Of a DNA stretch of 59,149 bases, positions 40,601 to 48,108 are shown one piece after another. The stretch is from a virus (lineage: Duplodnaviria > Caudoviricetes): IMG/VR virus record IMGVR_UViG_3300024518_001350, positions 1-59,149 of that record; one strand, 5' to 3'. The translations under genes were made by a program, and so were the position numbers. The notes beneath the pieces are model-generated. The model was not told the origin of the DNA and did not search any database. It saw nothing but the letters and a program-made list of their open reading frames with translations. How positions within the stretch are numbered: position 1 is the stretch's first letter; the number at the start of each line of letters is the position of its first letter.

Positions 40601-43600
40601 TCCATTCTCTTCAATCCAGCAGTTGATGGATGACTTTAAAGAAAGAAGTCTTACTACCACACCTCGGACTCAGAATATAAATGGGAGTACGGCTTACTTC
40701 ATTGGAAACGAGCTTGGGTTCACTGAGCCGATTGCTATATTCATGAAGCCTTCCGGGTTCAGGGATATGTCTATAGTTGAGATTGTATCCAACGCCGAGT
40801 ATGGGTCTAGGAATATAGAGTATGCGGGTGAAGGGTCACCTCCACTCCATGGTGCTGAAGCGACAGTAAGAACAGCAATGATTATGCTTGATCCAAGCCT
40901 AGGCAGCAAGGTTGCACAATCAACAGAGAAAGGAAGAGCAAGCCTAGGGTATAACTCAACAGTGCATAGTACTGAAGAGCAAGCGATAATGGCTAAGGTT
41001 CATGCACCTGTAAAGCATAGTATATTCAACCAACTAAAAATGTTCTTTGCCGATGACAGCTTCCGAGAGCAGAAGCTATTGGATACAAGGGAAGGATTGG
41101 TGTTCAAGTATGATCCCATAGAGAAGACTTCTGATGAGGTGAGAAGAAGAGCCTTGGATAGGGATCCTGAAAACCCTGTGCTACTGTCCGACACTGGACT
41201 TGGAGATGTTATTCTGGCACAGAAGGGTAATGGTTTACTAGCTGCTTCGTTGAAGTATGGTGTACCAATCTTTGATAAGGTAGCTGGGCTAACTCAAGCT
41301 AAGCTAGGTAGCTTCAAGCTACAGAACATTGAAGGACTACCACCCATATATGAAAAAGAATTTGGTGGCATGATAGACATACTTGGGCCTGCCATAAGTG
41401 ACTATGGTATCAGGGAAGACCTAATGAGGAAGGTCCATGTAGTTCTGTTAGCAACCAGAGGAAGGAGATTTATAAAGGAGAAAAAATTAATACCAGAGGG
41501 TATTAATCCAGAATACCTAGCACTAGCTGATAAGTTCTTGAAGACAAACCCAGAGATTCAAGCCATAGTACACAACTATCAGAGATGGAATGAAGCAATG
41601 ATAGACCATGGGGTTGCTACTGAGTACCTATCCGAGGAGCAGGGTGCAGCATTAAAGAAAAATATGGATTACGTTTCGTTCAAGAGACAATCAATGAACA
41701 TGGAAGACCAACTCTTAGATCATGATTCACTCTTCAATCAGGAACTTCAAGAAGGACTTAAGGGTGACCTCCAAGATCTTAAGCAACCACCCAGGTACAA
41801 GGGTAGCAGGTATGGATTGATAGAAGGCTTCCTAGAGGGAGCTAGCCTTAATGCGTTTACTATGATCCAGAGGGGTCTGAATAATCGGGCAAGTAAGTCT
41901 GTAATAAATGATCAGAAGATTATATTCCCCGATCAGGTTAGGCGTGCAGGTGAGGGCAAAGATGCTAATGGAGTAGATAACAATAAGCTTAGGGATATGA
42001 ATGGTGAGCTACCCACCATGATAGTGAGGGAGAATGGTGAAGAGGTAACATATGTAATAGCTGATGCTCGTGTGGCGAATGCAATGAAGGGATCAATAGG
42101 TATTAGGGATCCATTTGTGGATGGAGTAATGGCTAGGTTCTCTGCTGTGCTGAGGAAGGGTGTCACCATAGCACCAGAGTTTATATACAGAAACACACTA
42201 AAAGATCCAATGGTAAATGCTCTGATCGGTGGTCAATTCAAGGGCTGGAAGGCTCTTACATTGCCATTCGTTGTAGCGGGCAATGCAGTGTCTCACCTTG
42301 CAGGTGGGTCAAGCTACTACACTAAGGAGTTCCTTGAGCTTGAGTCCGTTGGTGGTGCTAGTGGTATCTATAATGATGCACTGTATGCACCAACCCCCGA
42401 GGGATTCAACAACATGCTGGGAGATCAGAAGAGGGGCAAGATAGGATTGAATCCAAAGAAGACATTCTTCGCTATATGGGATGGGCTTGGTGTTGCAAGT
42501 ACCAAATCTGAAACTGCAACTAGGGAGAGAGTTTATGATTCAGTATTGAATGAAACTGGTAGCCTTAAAGAAGCTTTGATACAAGGCATTGAAGTTATGA
42601 ACTATGACAGGAGAGGTGGTAACCAGAACTTTGCTAGGTACGCTTCGATGGCAACCTTCTTGAGTGCCAGTATAAACGGTTGGGACATAGCAGACAGGAC
42701 ATTAAGAAAGGGTACATATAGTATTGATGCCAATCAGAACAACAACGAAGCAAGGAAGAGAGCATGGTACAGGGTAGGTGCGATGGCTGCATTATCTGTC
42801 GGCTATGCCCTAGCATGGGCAGGTGGAGATGATGATGAATGGAGATCATTCGGAGATGAGGTTAGATATAGTAACTGGTTAGTTCCATTCTTTGGTAGTG
42901 CTATCGCAGTCGGGTTGCCATTTGAGTTAGGTGTACTAACTAAGGTGATACCAGAGCTAGCGGTAAGGACGATGCTAAAGGGTATGGATCCATCTGAAGC
43001 AGCCATGATACTGCTAGGTCAAGTTTGGGGTGCAGCTCCAAACATAGCTATGCCTACAGCCTTAGCTGGCATGATCAACATAGGCGGGAGTCCTTGGTCA
43101 GAATCAAGAGGGTGGAATCCCTTCCTTAAGTCTCCTATAATCCCTGACCATATGCCAGTTGGTCCAATGGCTTACGATAATAAGACTAGCCTAACTGCAA
43201 GAGGCTTAGCTACTATGCTTCCGGGTGGTAGTAGTCCTAAGAAATGGGAACATCTTGTCTCTATGTATGGTGGCACCATGGCTGTCAATATCCTAGCTAT
43301 AGCTGATACACTCGTTGATCAACTGATGCCTGGGTTTGCAGCTACCCCCTACACTGAAGCATTTGAAAATATACCTACAGTGAGAGCTATACTCAAACAC
43401 CCGGATGGTGCATCACATATAAATAAATTCCATAAATGGTTCAAGCAGGTAGAGGATCTTACTCATGAGGTTAGAGTTCTGAGTATAGAGAATCCAGCGA
43501 AGGGAAGAAAATTAAAAGAGGCAAACCGTACTACATTGAAGTATGCTCCGATGGCTCAGTCAGTTAAGTCTAGACTTCAAAAGCTTGATAGAAAAGCAAG

Positions 43601-43754
43601 GATAATCAGAGCAAATAAGCATATGGGTAGTAGCGAAAGAACAAAAGCGTTAGAGAGAATAAGGCTAATGAAATTAACTGAGGTTCAGAGGTTTAACAAA
43701 AAGATAGAGGGTAAAGATTACAAGCACATGTCTTATAGTGGTAGAACGTACTGA
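31683..43754 (+). CDS. giant polyvalent internal virion protein (zincin, GHKL ATPase, second zincin, ART-like, GNAT-like, LPD38-like C-terminus)
   Basis: HEMMH at 34758; RELIQNAWDA / DSGTGM / GGWG GHKL motifs; HEALH at 37617; LFHG..GIYLT..GYDGI ART-like; PFELG-type LPD38-like tail. Confidence 0.85.
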   Translation: MGTYKYFFPTGGYYPVEDDVSMEDAGNQLQELYPAGFYQNFSPMQREEDIRQREADNQGFFMDVVGEPILTGLERHLTTLPLAGRLAHDFATATKEQMNDPRHLQQYRDDFAAMSQEKQKHTFRQASELIARGEFTDSAKELGMSGLENFFGMLAHWAPTIASSKLGAAAGTAIAPGPGTLAGGMIGYSAMSADQFLAENLMESIQSNPDITLNDIADRFPHLLLATAGQVATEAVAFKVLGLFSNKLLGSIPKNAPIKRELVNSTQRKIASITGPRSTVPRNIAQGAVGEGGAEVLQHIMTKWQANVPIDYAEEDHMWELMENFWGGLSGGAGIGAMTSLIDGRNPQTSKRDKDLQDEKIKSWAHARARTAQLETQRLEAENRDKQAQAAENSQLEAELINEQIDVDRNEGRSVVSEEDIHAAALERNINSRDGGFIDFVRRTFPSHEGQIDSLSDLSLQEKNILYQNLKRFQRQGATGTGESQPVSFRAHSDSDIEKVTDSIAKRFKRHKNKAKLFTVEDVKKILGDASDERAKSLIEELRVNGVVENEGVTETLERLTKKHREDSVDYDNDFEPDYTAQQLSDLSEEASNWNEGDNISPELGRLILDNSGYVLNDAQVDPNTRAILDIARETTTFPTWEEIQRRTKGSSQAETVLKSQYDEVVEKLKADGSLQTNADGELFLASRYEQGVVGRQYRGVERGKFVVRALDGSIISVHDTIEGAKQSAHEANEDKGGGGYDLTDDFGNTTRITGRKSKERALAFIRQHKNSKYKIYVDGVEAESNLSKTKAEKLSRWMRSTNGLTGQEGRRRITVGRDESSFQFRSTPDSYLNKLPDVISAGNTKENLFVVEETKLGEQGRYLGSKLIGLADTLADAESKANNFRDLRRKSFDSVGGKIVEEDADLADLRNDPIGHATRRVREESPHLSEPITPSESKIYKAEMTEYGKRLEKYFNRAKLGHYGIGLQFVHNMQDLASSLKNGEDGWFSTQTGMITLLDRLEYSRIDANSSDEEVYQVLLPILGHEMMHAYETLGLIKPSEKRRILKRMEKIKNANGQTLADEVRERYRHLEGPELESEMLAVALEVYIKERGWSLTDKQKASKKKDITGADASVMSRIGTWLRGLGSYVNSSEWTGRDEKLMSKFVPGEERDSLTVRSARSGFRPFDSMEGTIRPERYTDGEKIVWDGDVNSRGDKWLTIVEVKDIHNLADAKGVPWDNDEEFMQKTMRLTGKSNHLDELNPRQRRLVYLDLADMQDPYNITETQRTVIPKEEKPRASAADEEGVDNEPYTYEEEYPDEAYAYDDEYGMGSRPIEEARKHMKENANVSVNIERMYEQENVGIWDEKQQEIILRELIQNAWDAVKGAYRNGIIDEGSGVINVEIESPNDYTILEPEGKVQSKKTMDYDDLESLFDGMDGDVELVLSNMRKMGSIEENNTFTYSGSMEVQDSGTGMSPEDITYHFLNIKGSSKPSTEASETSGGWGDAKMRFLFNPSLIVVESTQNGLTTRIVSDSRTLIESSTDVNIVLPHSVEQAWNYGTSMGPTWSDGRFDSGTSVKVFLPVDMPVKHVNSKQRKDVKWTNHPRFMSFPLIGDVKVDLIVDGVRTDPKEDYDAPGNREIPGMGKDLDIGGKYEEPVRYNADWGYIDVYKGPFVTRQVEPGDNFSTAPVYVFSSGLYQFDTRGPQRSGDTEFSGRVDKAFRFDASHVIGRLLNREILLDVHSNVRPGEGDYPFPKSRDSLMEEAKELTTIIARDIVGERRDLDRKDFTVKMGDATYMNRTNDPVQQGFVHMDDEGNAIEPSDDTLNNDLPLLYNFSTIDNEDITNKQMEFIGGLGNIFRDFIVDIDEKDIQELGSHRKTMEYPMRKREKIGNWSTAIAIAPKSDWAGLNMFKTFSDSSLDPDSSDFKGFSGIMLIDPFKYNFTKYLEQYISKNQDIIDMNSHATTAQQLSLVSLLQKTNLETYATTWANAIYSTMAHEALHVNHRSHSPERFIIALEKFISEGVPLHNLQVHIDSLSELFTQNLNEYIELKEMYDGANAKSDIGILEGTELPKQKPILNQDDRGLNTTRDTRSAERTGGRQRTGESVPLGERGSRSNERRGVSRLRKGIVGEKGKASRNNTSAGGSSWRNPAHVGQPDLINNPISTKDGNRKIDIDKKGFHLPTYLRSVIESVVQHYALSRKDEYNNTYGKQRFTPEREQSLIGQYNNISIEPSRDDHPRFQQHDPKDGYTTNTEIFKEYVSKYIADVIASDLGIQTAGTDFVNDENLGAAIDEVIHEHHVNMIAMGIKDSRFRLDNGYGLGSTQAEWDAATSIEKELIIEEIIELQVESIADEEFGTGDKAIPITIDQVRDAVFKIQTGRKWRKGQDSDRPIRNSVIEKFRIRNDKDGGRLKVIEKSFVRFTGQGRYEEKGKASRGNQGVVVTPDDVSMLSELTLFHGGDSVLKSLRSGSEGGSLGSGIYLTPTREKAEGYGKNLYSVNVKIDNPLIISSSRDVTAKATQPLNWAGSNTAPRWLNPAEHLLIKLGVPSEKAHSIVEKEEEEYGYVRNRIRSLARRQGYDGILQFIDGELMEVVAFSKGQVSNVADAIGEEKGMANIPKRERERLERDRLEAIEQLPPDERRRVKERDRIAKANSLATKARRKEEAAAKKVVDDERELLERDIDTTMSRGRDLGNMPVQILTLKHTPTGTSIDIHKYPKASDTLPSIVGVDIPVRSEGLGSAAILMDYARDIYPDIRVELGTGDATVPNAKRVTLIRDLSTDQIRKLIEVNEMLKERSPNNTSNYESEEYIQVLANRGERGKASRGFDTTLPDQFRAKKLTFNKNTLDMMVKEAKSIAINKIKSRSYPDLKGTEKDRRIKDMVSRQQRYYNDIIRDDNIAMKVDVVSKLSNLYSSNQSATNHGVNSSDLYQFLKELSDAGVSSNRVFKIKNDMYDSMGMETRKIKINDLERNLLDDVSKIQFSQELLETKTPFSSIQQLMDDFKERSLTTTPRTQNINGSTAYFIGNELGFTEPIAIFMKPSGFRDMSIVEIVSNAEYGSRNIEYAGEGSPPLHGAEATVRTAMIMLDPSLGSKVAQSTEKGRASLGYNSTVHSTEEQAIMAKVHAPVKHSIFNQLKMFFADDSFREQKLLDTREGLVFKYDPIEKTSDEVRRRALDRDPENPVLLSDTGLGDVILAQKGNGLLAASLKYGVPIFDKVAGLTQAKLGSFKLQNIEGLPPIYEKEFGGMIDILGPAISDYGIREDLMRKVHVVLLATRGRRFIKEKKLIPEGINPEYLALADKFLKTNPEIQAIVHNYQRWNEAMIDHGVATEYLSEEQGAALKKNMDYVSFKRQSMNMEDQLLDHDSLFNQELQEGLKGDLQDLKQPPRYKGSRYGLIEGFLEGASLNAFTMIQRGLNNRASKSVINDQKIIFPDQVRRAGEGKDANGVDNNKLRDMNGELPTMIVRENGEEVTYVIADARVANAMKGSIGIRDPFVDGVMARFSAVLRKGVTIAPEFIYRNTLKDPMVNALIGGQFKGWKALTLPFVVAGNAVSHLAGGSSYYTKEFLELESVGGASGIYNDALYAPTPEGFNNMLGDQKRGKIGLNPKKTFFAIWDGLGVASTKSETATRERVYDSVLNETGSLKEALIQGIEVMNYDRRGGNQNFARYASMATFLSASINGWDIADRTLRKGTYSIDANQNNNEARKRAWYRVGAMAALSVGYALAWAGGDDDEWRSFGDEVRYSNWLVPFFGSAIAVGLPFELGVLTKVIPELAVRTMLKGMDPSEAAMILLGQVWGAAPNIAMPTALAGMINIGGSPWSESRGWNPFLKSPIIPDHMPVGPMAYDNKTSLTARGLATMLPGGSSPKKWEHLVSMYGGTMAVNILAIADTLVDQLMPGFAATPYTEAFENIPTVRAILKHPDGASHINKFHKWFKQVEDLTHEVRVLSIENPAKGRKLKEANRTTLKYAPMAQSVKSRLQKLDRKARIIRANKHMGSSERTKALERIRLMKLTEVQRFNKKIEGKDYKHMSYSGRTY

Positions 43755-43784
43755 TATTTAACTTAAAAGAATAGGAGATTTTCT

Positions 43785-44540
43785 TTGGGGAGAAAAAAGC
43801 ATCTCGTTATAGGGGACAGTCATTCAAAGCCAGGGATCAGTAATGCTAGGTACACATGGTTAGGAAGGATGATCGCAGCAGAGAAGCCTGATGTCATTAT
43901 AGACATAGGTGATTTCTATGACATGGAATCATTATGTGGGTGGGACAAGGGCAAGAGAGCATTCCAAGGAAGAGAATATAAAAAAGATATTGAACACGGG
44001 TTAGATGCACAGGACAGGATAGAGGCAGAGCTAAAGAAAGTTAAGGGGTACAAGCCTAAGAAGATTAGATGCTTAGGTAACCATGAGAATAGAATATCTA
44101 GAGTGGTCGAGGACCAAGCAGAGTTCTATGGAACCTTAACTCGTAGTCATTTCCAGAGTGAAGAGTATGGCTGGGAAGAGCATGACTATCTTGAGCCAGT
44201 CAAGGTTGATGGCATAGCATACTGCCACAGCTTTGCCTCTGGTATAATGGGACGACCAATCAGTGGTGAAAACCCAGCAGCATCACTACTTAATAAAAAG
44301 AAAATGAGTTGTATAATTGGTCACAACCATGTGCTAGACTTTGCAACAAGAAACGATGCAATGGGAAAGAAGATGAGTGCAGTTTCAGTTGGTTGTTTCT
44401 TTGAACATGATGAAGCTTATGCTGGTCCACAAGTAAATAGGATGTGGGATAGGGGCATAGTAATTCTTAATGATGTTCAGGCTGGTGAGTTTGACTTTGA
44501 GTGGTGGTCAATGAGAAGAATAAAGGGGAAATATTCATGA
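43785..44540 (+). CDS. calcineurin-like metallophosphoesterase
   Basis: GDSH, DIGD, GNHE, H and GHNH motifs. Confidence 0.9.
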   Translation: MGRKKHLVIGDSHSKPGISNARYTWLGRMIAAEKPDVIIDIGDFYDMESLCGWDKGKRAFQGREYKKDIEHGLDAQDRIEAELKKVKGYKPKKIRCLGNHENRISRVVEDQAEFYGTLTRSHFQSEEYGWEEHDYLEPVKVDGIAYCHSFASGIMGRPISGENPAASLLNKKKMSCIIGHNHVLDFATRNDAMGKKMSAVSVGCFFEHDEAYAGPQVNRMWDRGIVILNDVQAGEFDFEWWSMRRIKGKYS

Positions 44541-45133
44541 GTATTTTAAGTGAACCAGAAACAAAACTAAACCTACCAGCTCCTGAGCTGACACACATAG
44601 TTGATATGGGTGTAGACATAACAAATAGAACAATCTACTTCGATGACTTTGAAGAAGAAAGTGGACAGTGGTTTCTACAGGTCATGAAGTATTTTGAAGG
44701 TCAAGATGTTGAGGATGTAGATCTGTTTTTAAACTCTCCAGGCGGGGATGTTATCAGTATGTTTGCGATCCATGATATAATGAGAAACTCTCCTATAAAT
44801 GTGAGAGTTACAGGGTATGGTCAGGTTTGCAGCGCAGGTGTACTGATACTGGCAGCAGGCAATGAGAGGAATGTAACTGAATCATGTAGCTGGATGTCAC
44901 ATGAACCCACTAGTGGTGGTGATCCAGACCTAGGCTTAAGAGCAGCTAAGTCTAGACGTAAGTGGGAAGACTGGAGCCATGTACACTGGTGCAGTTTAAT
45001 GGCTAGATACACACCTAACTCATCAGACTGGTGGGAAAAGCATACAGAAAAACAGGCAGAGTATTGGCTGTTGGGTGGGAAAGAAATTGTCGAAGCAGGA
45101 TTAGCGGACAGGGTAGTGAAAGGAAATGTATAA
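44537..45133 (+). CDS. clpP: ClpP-like serine protease
   Basis: LNSPGGDV, VCSAG (Ser), MSHEP (His), GLAD; ATGA-coupled start at 44537. Confidence 0.85.
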   Translation: MSILSEPETKLNLPAPELTHIVDMGVDITNRTIYFDDFEEESGQWFLQVMKYFEGQDVEDVDLFLNSPGGDVISMFAIHDIMRNSPINVRVTGYGQVCSAGVLILAAGNERNVTESCSWMSHEPTSGGDPDLGLRAAKSRRKWEDWSHVHWCSLMARYTPNSSDWWEKHTEKQAEYWLLGGKEIVEAGLADRVVKGNV

Positions 45134-45281
45134 ATTTATATTGATAGTTGTGTCCTTGGGTTTTCTTGGGTGTGCTATGGATAGCTGGGAGGTAGAATTA
45201 ATAGGGCCTAGTGGCAGAATTGAGCATGATTCTGGTAGAGATAATCACTCCTGTGAGAAAAAGAAAGAAGACACAATCTCC

Positions 45282-45479
45282 TTATGATCCCTGAACAGCA
45301 GGCTCTAAGTCACTACACGACTCAAAGTAGCCGCAGTTGCTAGTACAGACTAGCTTACACTTCTGATTTCTCATAAGACTCCCACAGTTCACGCATATAA
45401 GCCTAGCTCTATTTACCCCTACCTCTGCCCCAGTAGAAAGATCGTCGCTTACAGGGCTTCTCAGAGCTTCATCACTCAT
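45282..45479 (-). CDS. small Zn-ribbon protein
   Basis: CVNCG...CKLVCTSNCGYFESCSD. Confidence 0.65.
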   Translation of the reverse strand: MSDEALRSPVSDDLSTGAEVGVNRARLICVNCGSLMRNQKCKLVCTSNCGYFESCSDLEPAVQGS

Positions 45480-45693
45480 TGTTCTTAATGAACCTATTCA
45501 TATAGAACTGAGCCTTTTTCAAATCTATAATGGGATCTATCCCCTCGTCATACTTCCTCTGATACCTAGAGATGTACTTAATAACCTGACCCAAATGATA
45601 AGGAAGATTCCAGTCTTCAATTACAGATAAGGGCTCATGGTCTCTACCTTTTACGTAATGGTCAGGTCTATTAACTATATCATTACTACTCAT
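45472..45693 (-). CDS. DUF3310 (SaV-like) protein
   Basis: VNRPDHY, GQVIKYISR, DLKKAQFY. Confidence 0.85.
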   Translation of the reverse strand: MSSNDIVNRPDHYVKGRDHEPLSVIEDWNLPYHLGQVIKYISRYQRKYDEGIDPIIDLKKAQFYMNRFIKNNE

Positions 45694-46234
45694 TATGTCC
45701 TTTCTTTGTATCGACTATGCCCAGAATAGGCTGCACAACATTGTCTTCTTGAGGCTCATCCTTAAAGAACTTTATCTTCTTCTTCCCAAGATTCATACGT
45801 TTGATATACATAGTTTTTTCATATCCCTTGCTTGATGCATAATCTGAAAGCTTCTCAGATGATGTCCAGATCTCTATGCCAGAGCAGTAATTCCTCCGTG
45901 CTACTAGCTTAGCAATTTCATTGAAGCCATCAGCTACCGTGGGATCCTTTGCCACTGACCAAGCTATGAGGAGTTGAAGAGTCTTCTGTCTACGATAGGG
46001 ACAAGTATCTATTCTAGTTATACAGAATACATCACCCACGGGGTAGTCAGAGTAACCCCATATGTTGGCTGACCCAAGGCTACACATTGAGAAAACATCT
46101 TCAGGTCTTAGTGTTTGCCATTCAGGATCGCTTGTCAGTATAGACTCTACTCCTCCCCTAATCTCATCCCATACTATCCTGACATCATATTCATAAAATT
46201 CTCCTAGCCTATTAACTATACCTGCTTGCATCAC
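45686..46234 (-). CDS. GNAT-like hypothetical protein
   Basis: Beta-alpha pattern ending in ARRNYCSGIEI...GY. Confidence 0.5.
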   Translation of the reverse strand: MMQAGIVNRLGEFYEYDVRIVWDEIRGGVESILTSDPEWQTLRPEDVFSMCSLGSANIWGYSDYPVGDVFCITRIDTCPYRRQKTLQLLIAWSVAKDPTVADGFNEIAKLVARRNYCSGIEIWTSSEKLSDYASSKGYEKTMYIKRMNLGKKKIKFFKDEPQEDNVVQPILGIVDTKKGHNE

Positions 46235-46440
46235 TCCCCCTTATACTTATTGCTAATGATGTTATTACCCTGCTCAAGTCTGAATAAGATAGAATACATC
46301 TCATCAAAAAAATCCTCTGGAAGATCTGTTCTTAATGACAACTGTTCAAGTCTCAGCCTAATGCTATTTATATTTACATAAATACTTTCTATATTATTCC
46401 GTGCTGTCATCCTCCTCCTCTTTATCTGGATCTGTTTCAA
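46231..46440 (-). CDS. hypothetical protein
   Basis: Co-oriented ORF; start uncertain. Confidence 0.5.
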   Translation of the reverse strand: MKQIQIKRRRMTARNNIESIYVNINSIRLRLEQLSLRTDLPEDFFDEMYSILFRLEQGNNIISNKYKGE

Positions 46441-46702
46441 TCCACCAATTCATCAGGAGATCGGAGAACTCTACGTTAGAAAACTCAGGGATAAAGACCT
46501 TGTCACCTAGGTTTGAATTTGCAAACTGTATTGATTGGTTAATAATCTGAGCTATCGACATGTCTAGTTTGCTATAAGATATAGCAGCAAGACTTTCGAT
46601 TACTTCAAGAGAATCCTTTTGCTTGTCATGCTTCTCCACTCTCGCCAACTCAATTGCATCTAGTCTATTGTCCAATGTTATTCCCACCCTTATGCTCATC
46701 AA
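46394..46702 (-). CDS. hypothetical protein
   Basis: Co-oriented ORF. Confidence 0.55.
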   Translation of the reverse strand: MMSIRVGITLDNRLDAIELARVEKHDKQKDSLEVIESLAAISYSKLDMSIAQIINQSIQFANSNLGDKVFIPEFSNVEFSDLLMNWWIETDPDKEEEDDSTE

Positions 46703-46985
46703 TTATAAATATTGACGCATCTATAGAATTTCTTTTAACTAAGTTAACTATGTAGTTTGCTATGCTAATTGTTTTAAGGTCTTCTGATTCAGAGTAATCA
46801 AATTCTAATAGCATTTCATTTATACATTCTTCGTGCATTAGTATTGTATCTAAAGTAATAACATCATCATCTAGCCTATCTAGTTCGTTCCATACCAAGT
46901 ATGTATTTGAATAATCTTCAACTACTGTCTTGCATTTGTGACATGTGAGTACTGGATCTAAATCTTTACTCAAACCTAGGGACAT
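46665..46985 (-). CDS. hypothetical protein (CHKC...HEEC)
   Basis: RBS GGGAG; possible Zn ligands. Confidence 0.6.
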   Translation of the reverse strand: MSLGLSKDLDPVLTCHKCKTVVEDYSNTYLVWNELDRLDDDVITLDTILMHEECINEMLLEFDYSESEDLKTISIANYIVNLVKRNSIDASIFIIDEHKGGNNIGQ

Positions 46986-47000
46986 TTCTCTCCCGCCTAA

Positions 47001-47065
47001 AGGCTGAGCCTGACCCCAATGGCACAGAATCTCTGTGCTGGAACCAAAGGAATCAAGCTCAGCCT
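47001..47065 (-). other. long intergenic stem-loop
   Basis: Minus-strand AGGCTGAGCTTGATTCC pairs with GGGGTCAGGCTCAGCCT (17 bp including GU); inner stem GCACAGA/TCTGTGC. Confidence 0.7.
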
Positions 47066-47086
47066 AAGAGTGTTAGTTAACAGCGA

Positions 47087-47407
47087 TTAGAAAGGAGGTA
47101 TGTCCTCTACGTCTAGTTGCTTAGGCACATGTTGAGCTTGAGTGTCAATTTTATTCTCTTCAAGCTTATACTCATCCACTTGAATACTATAGCTAACGAA
47201 GTTGTTACCTTTCTTACTTGTCTTATTCCATCCAGCAATTTTCAGAGGTACTTCTTTAATGCCAGCATCTATATGCTTTTGTACACTGGCAAGAAACTCT
47301 TTGTTGACATCTCCGAATCCTGTAAAGTCAGGCTGATTAGGACGTTCCTTTCTTGTGTTAGCAAAAGAAGCACAGCTTAGACGGGCTATATTATTTTCGT
47401 AAGACAT
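47087..47407 (-). CDS. SSB-like OB-fold protein (DUF736-like)
   Basis: QPDFTG, IAGW..SKKG..FVS, acidic DIPPF tail; adjacent to sak. Confidence 0.7.
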   Translation of the reverse strand: MSYENNIARLSCASFANTRKERPNQPDFTGFGDVNKEFLASVQKHIDAGIKEVPLKIAGWNKTSKKGNNFVSYSIQVDEYKLEENKIDTQAQHVPKQLDVEDIPPF

Positions 47408-48097
47408 TTATTTCTCCTCTGTTTTTGCTGTTAGTGTAGCTGCACGATCTGTGAATACTTCAGTGATAGATTTCCTGTCATCCATCTTGTTGATAGATGC
47501 TGCGTTATTCTTCCAATATTCTCTCAGGTCAGATATGTTATCAATTGCCATGATACTATCCTTCAGCACAATCGTAGTGGCTCTGTCCTTTTTACTTTGA
47601 AGCTTCTCATCATAAGCATCTTGCATTTTCTCATTGTGATTTGGATCATCGTTCTTCTTGTGGATAGGTATAGGCTTAAGCGTTGGCTTCCTTTGCTTGA
47701 CCTGTTTCACTGGGTCAGCCTCTGGAAGATCTTCACCTGCATATATGTAATGACCCAACCCGAATAGTCCTATACACTTGGTAAGAACTCTCATCCTTGT
47801 TGAGTTTATGTTCCAAGAGTTAGGATTTTGAATGGGCTTGTTCCTGAAGTCGAGTACTGGTAGCCACATCCTTCTCTTGCAATCACCTATTACTATCTCT
47901 ACATTGCAGAGGACACTACCATCTGGCATGACTTCCTCGTCAAGCATGTTAATCTCTGCATCAGGAAAGTGCTTCATAAGCATTCCCCATGCCCATGCCC
48001 AGCTAAGGTAGGTCAATCCATTCTTAGATTCTACATGATCTGAACAATTTACTTTACTAAGTGTATCCCATATTGATTTGTATGTTGCTTGTGCCAT
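47408..48097 (-). CDS. sak: Sak (DUF1071) single-strand annealing protein
   Basis: LTYLSWAWAW, MWLPVLD, GLGHYIYAGEDLP. Confidence 0.9.
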   Translation of the reverse strand: MAQATYKSIWDTLSKVNCSDHVESKNGLTYLSWAWAWGMLMKHFPDAEINMLDEEVMPDGSVLCNVEIVIGDCKRRMWLPVLDFRNKPIQNPNSWNINSTRMRVLTKCIGLFGLGHYIYAGEDLPEADPVKQVKQRKPTLKPIPIHKKNDDPNHNEKMQDAYDEKLQSKKDRATTIVLKDSIMAIDNISDLREYWKNNAASINKMDDRKSITEVFTDRAATLTAKTEEK

Positions 48098-48108
48098 TTT
48101 TTTATCCT

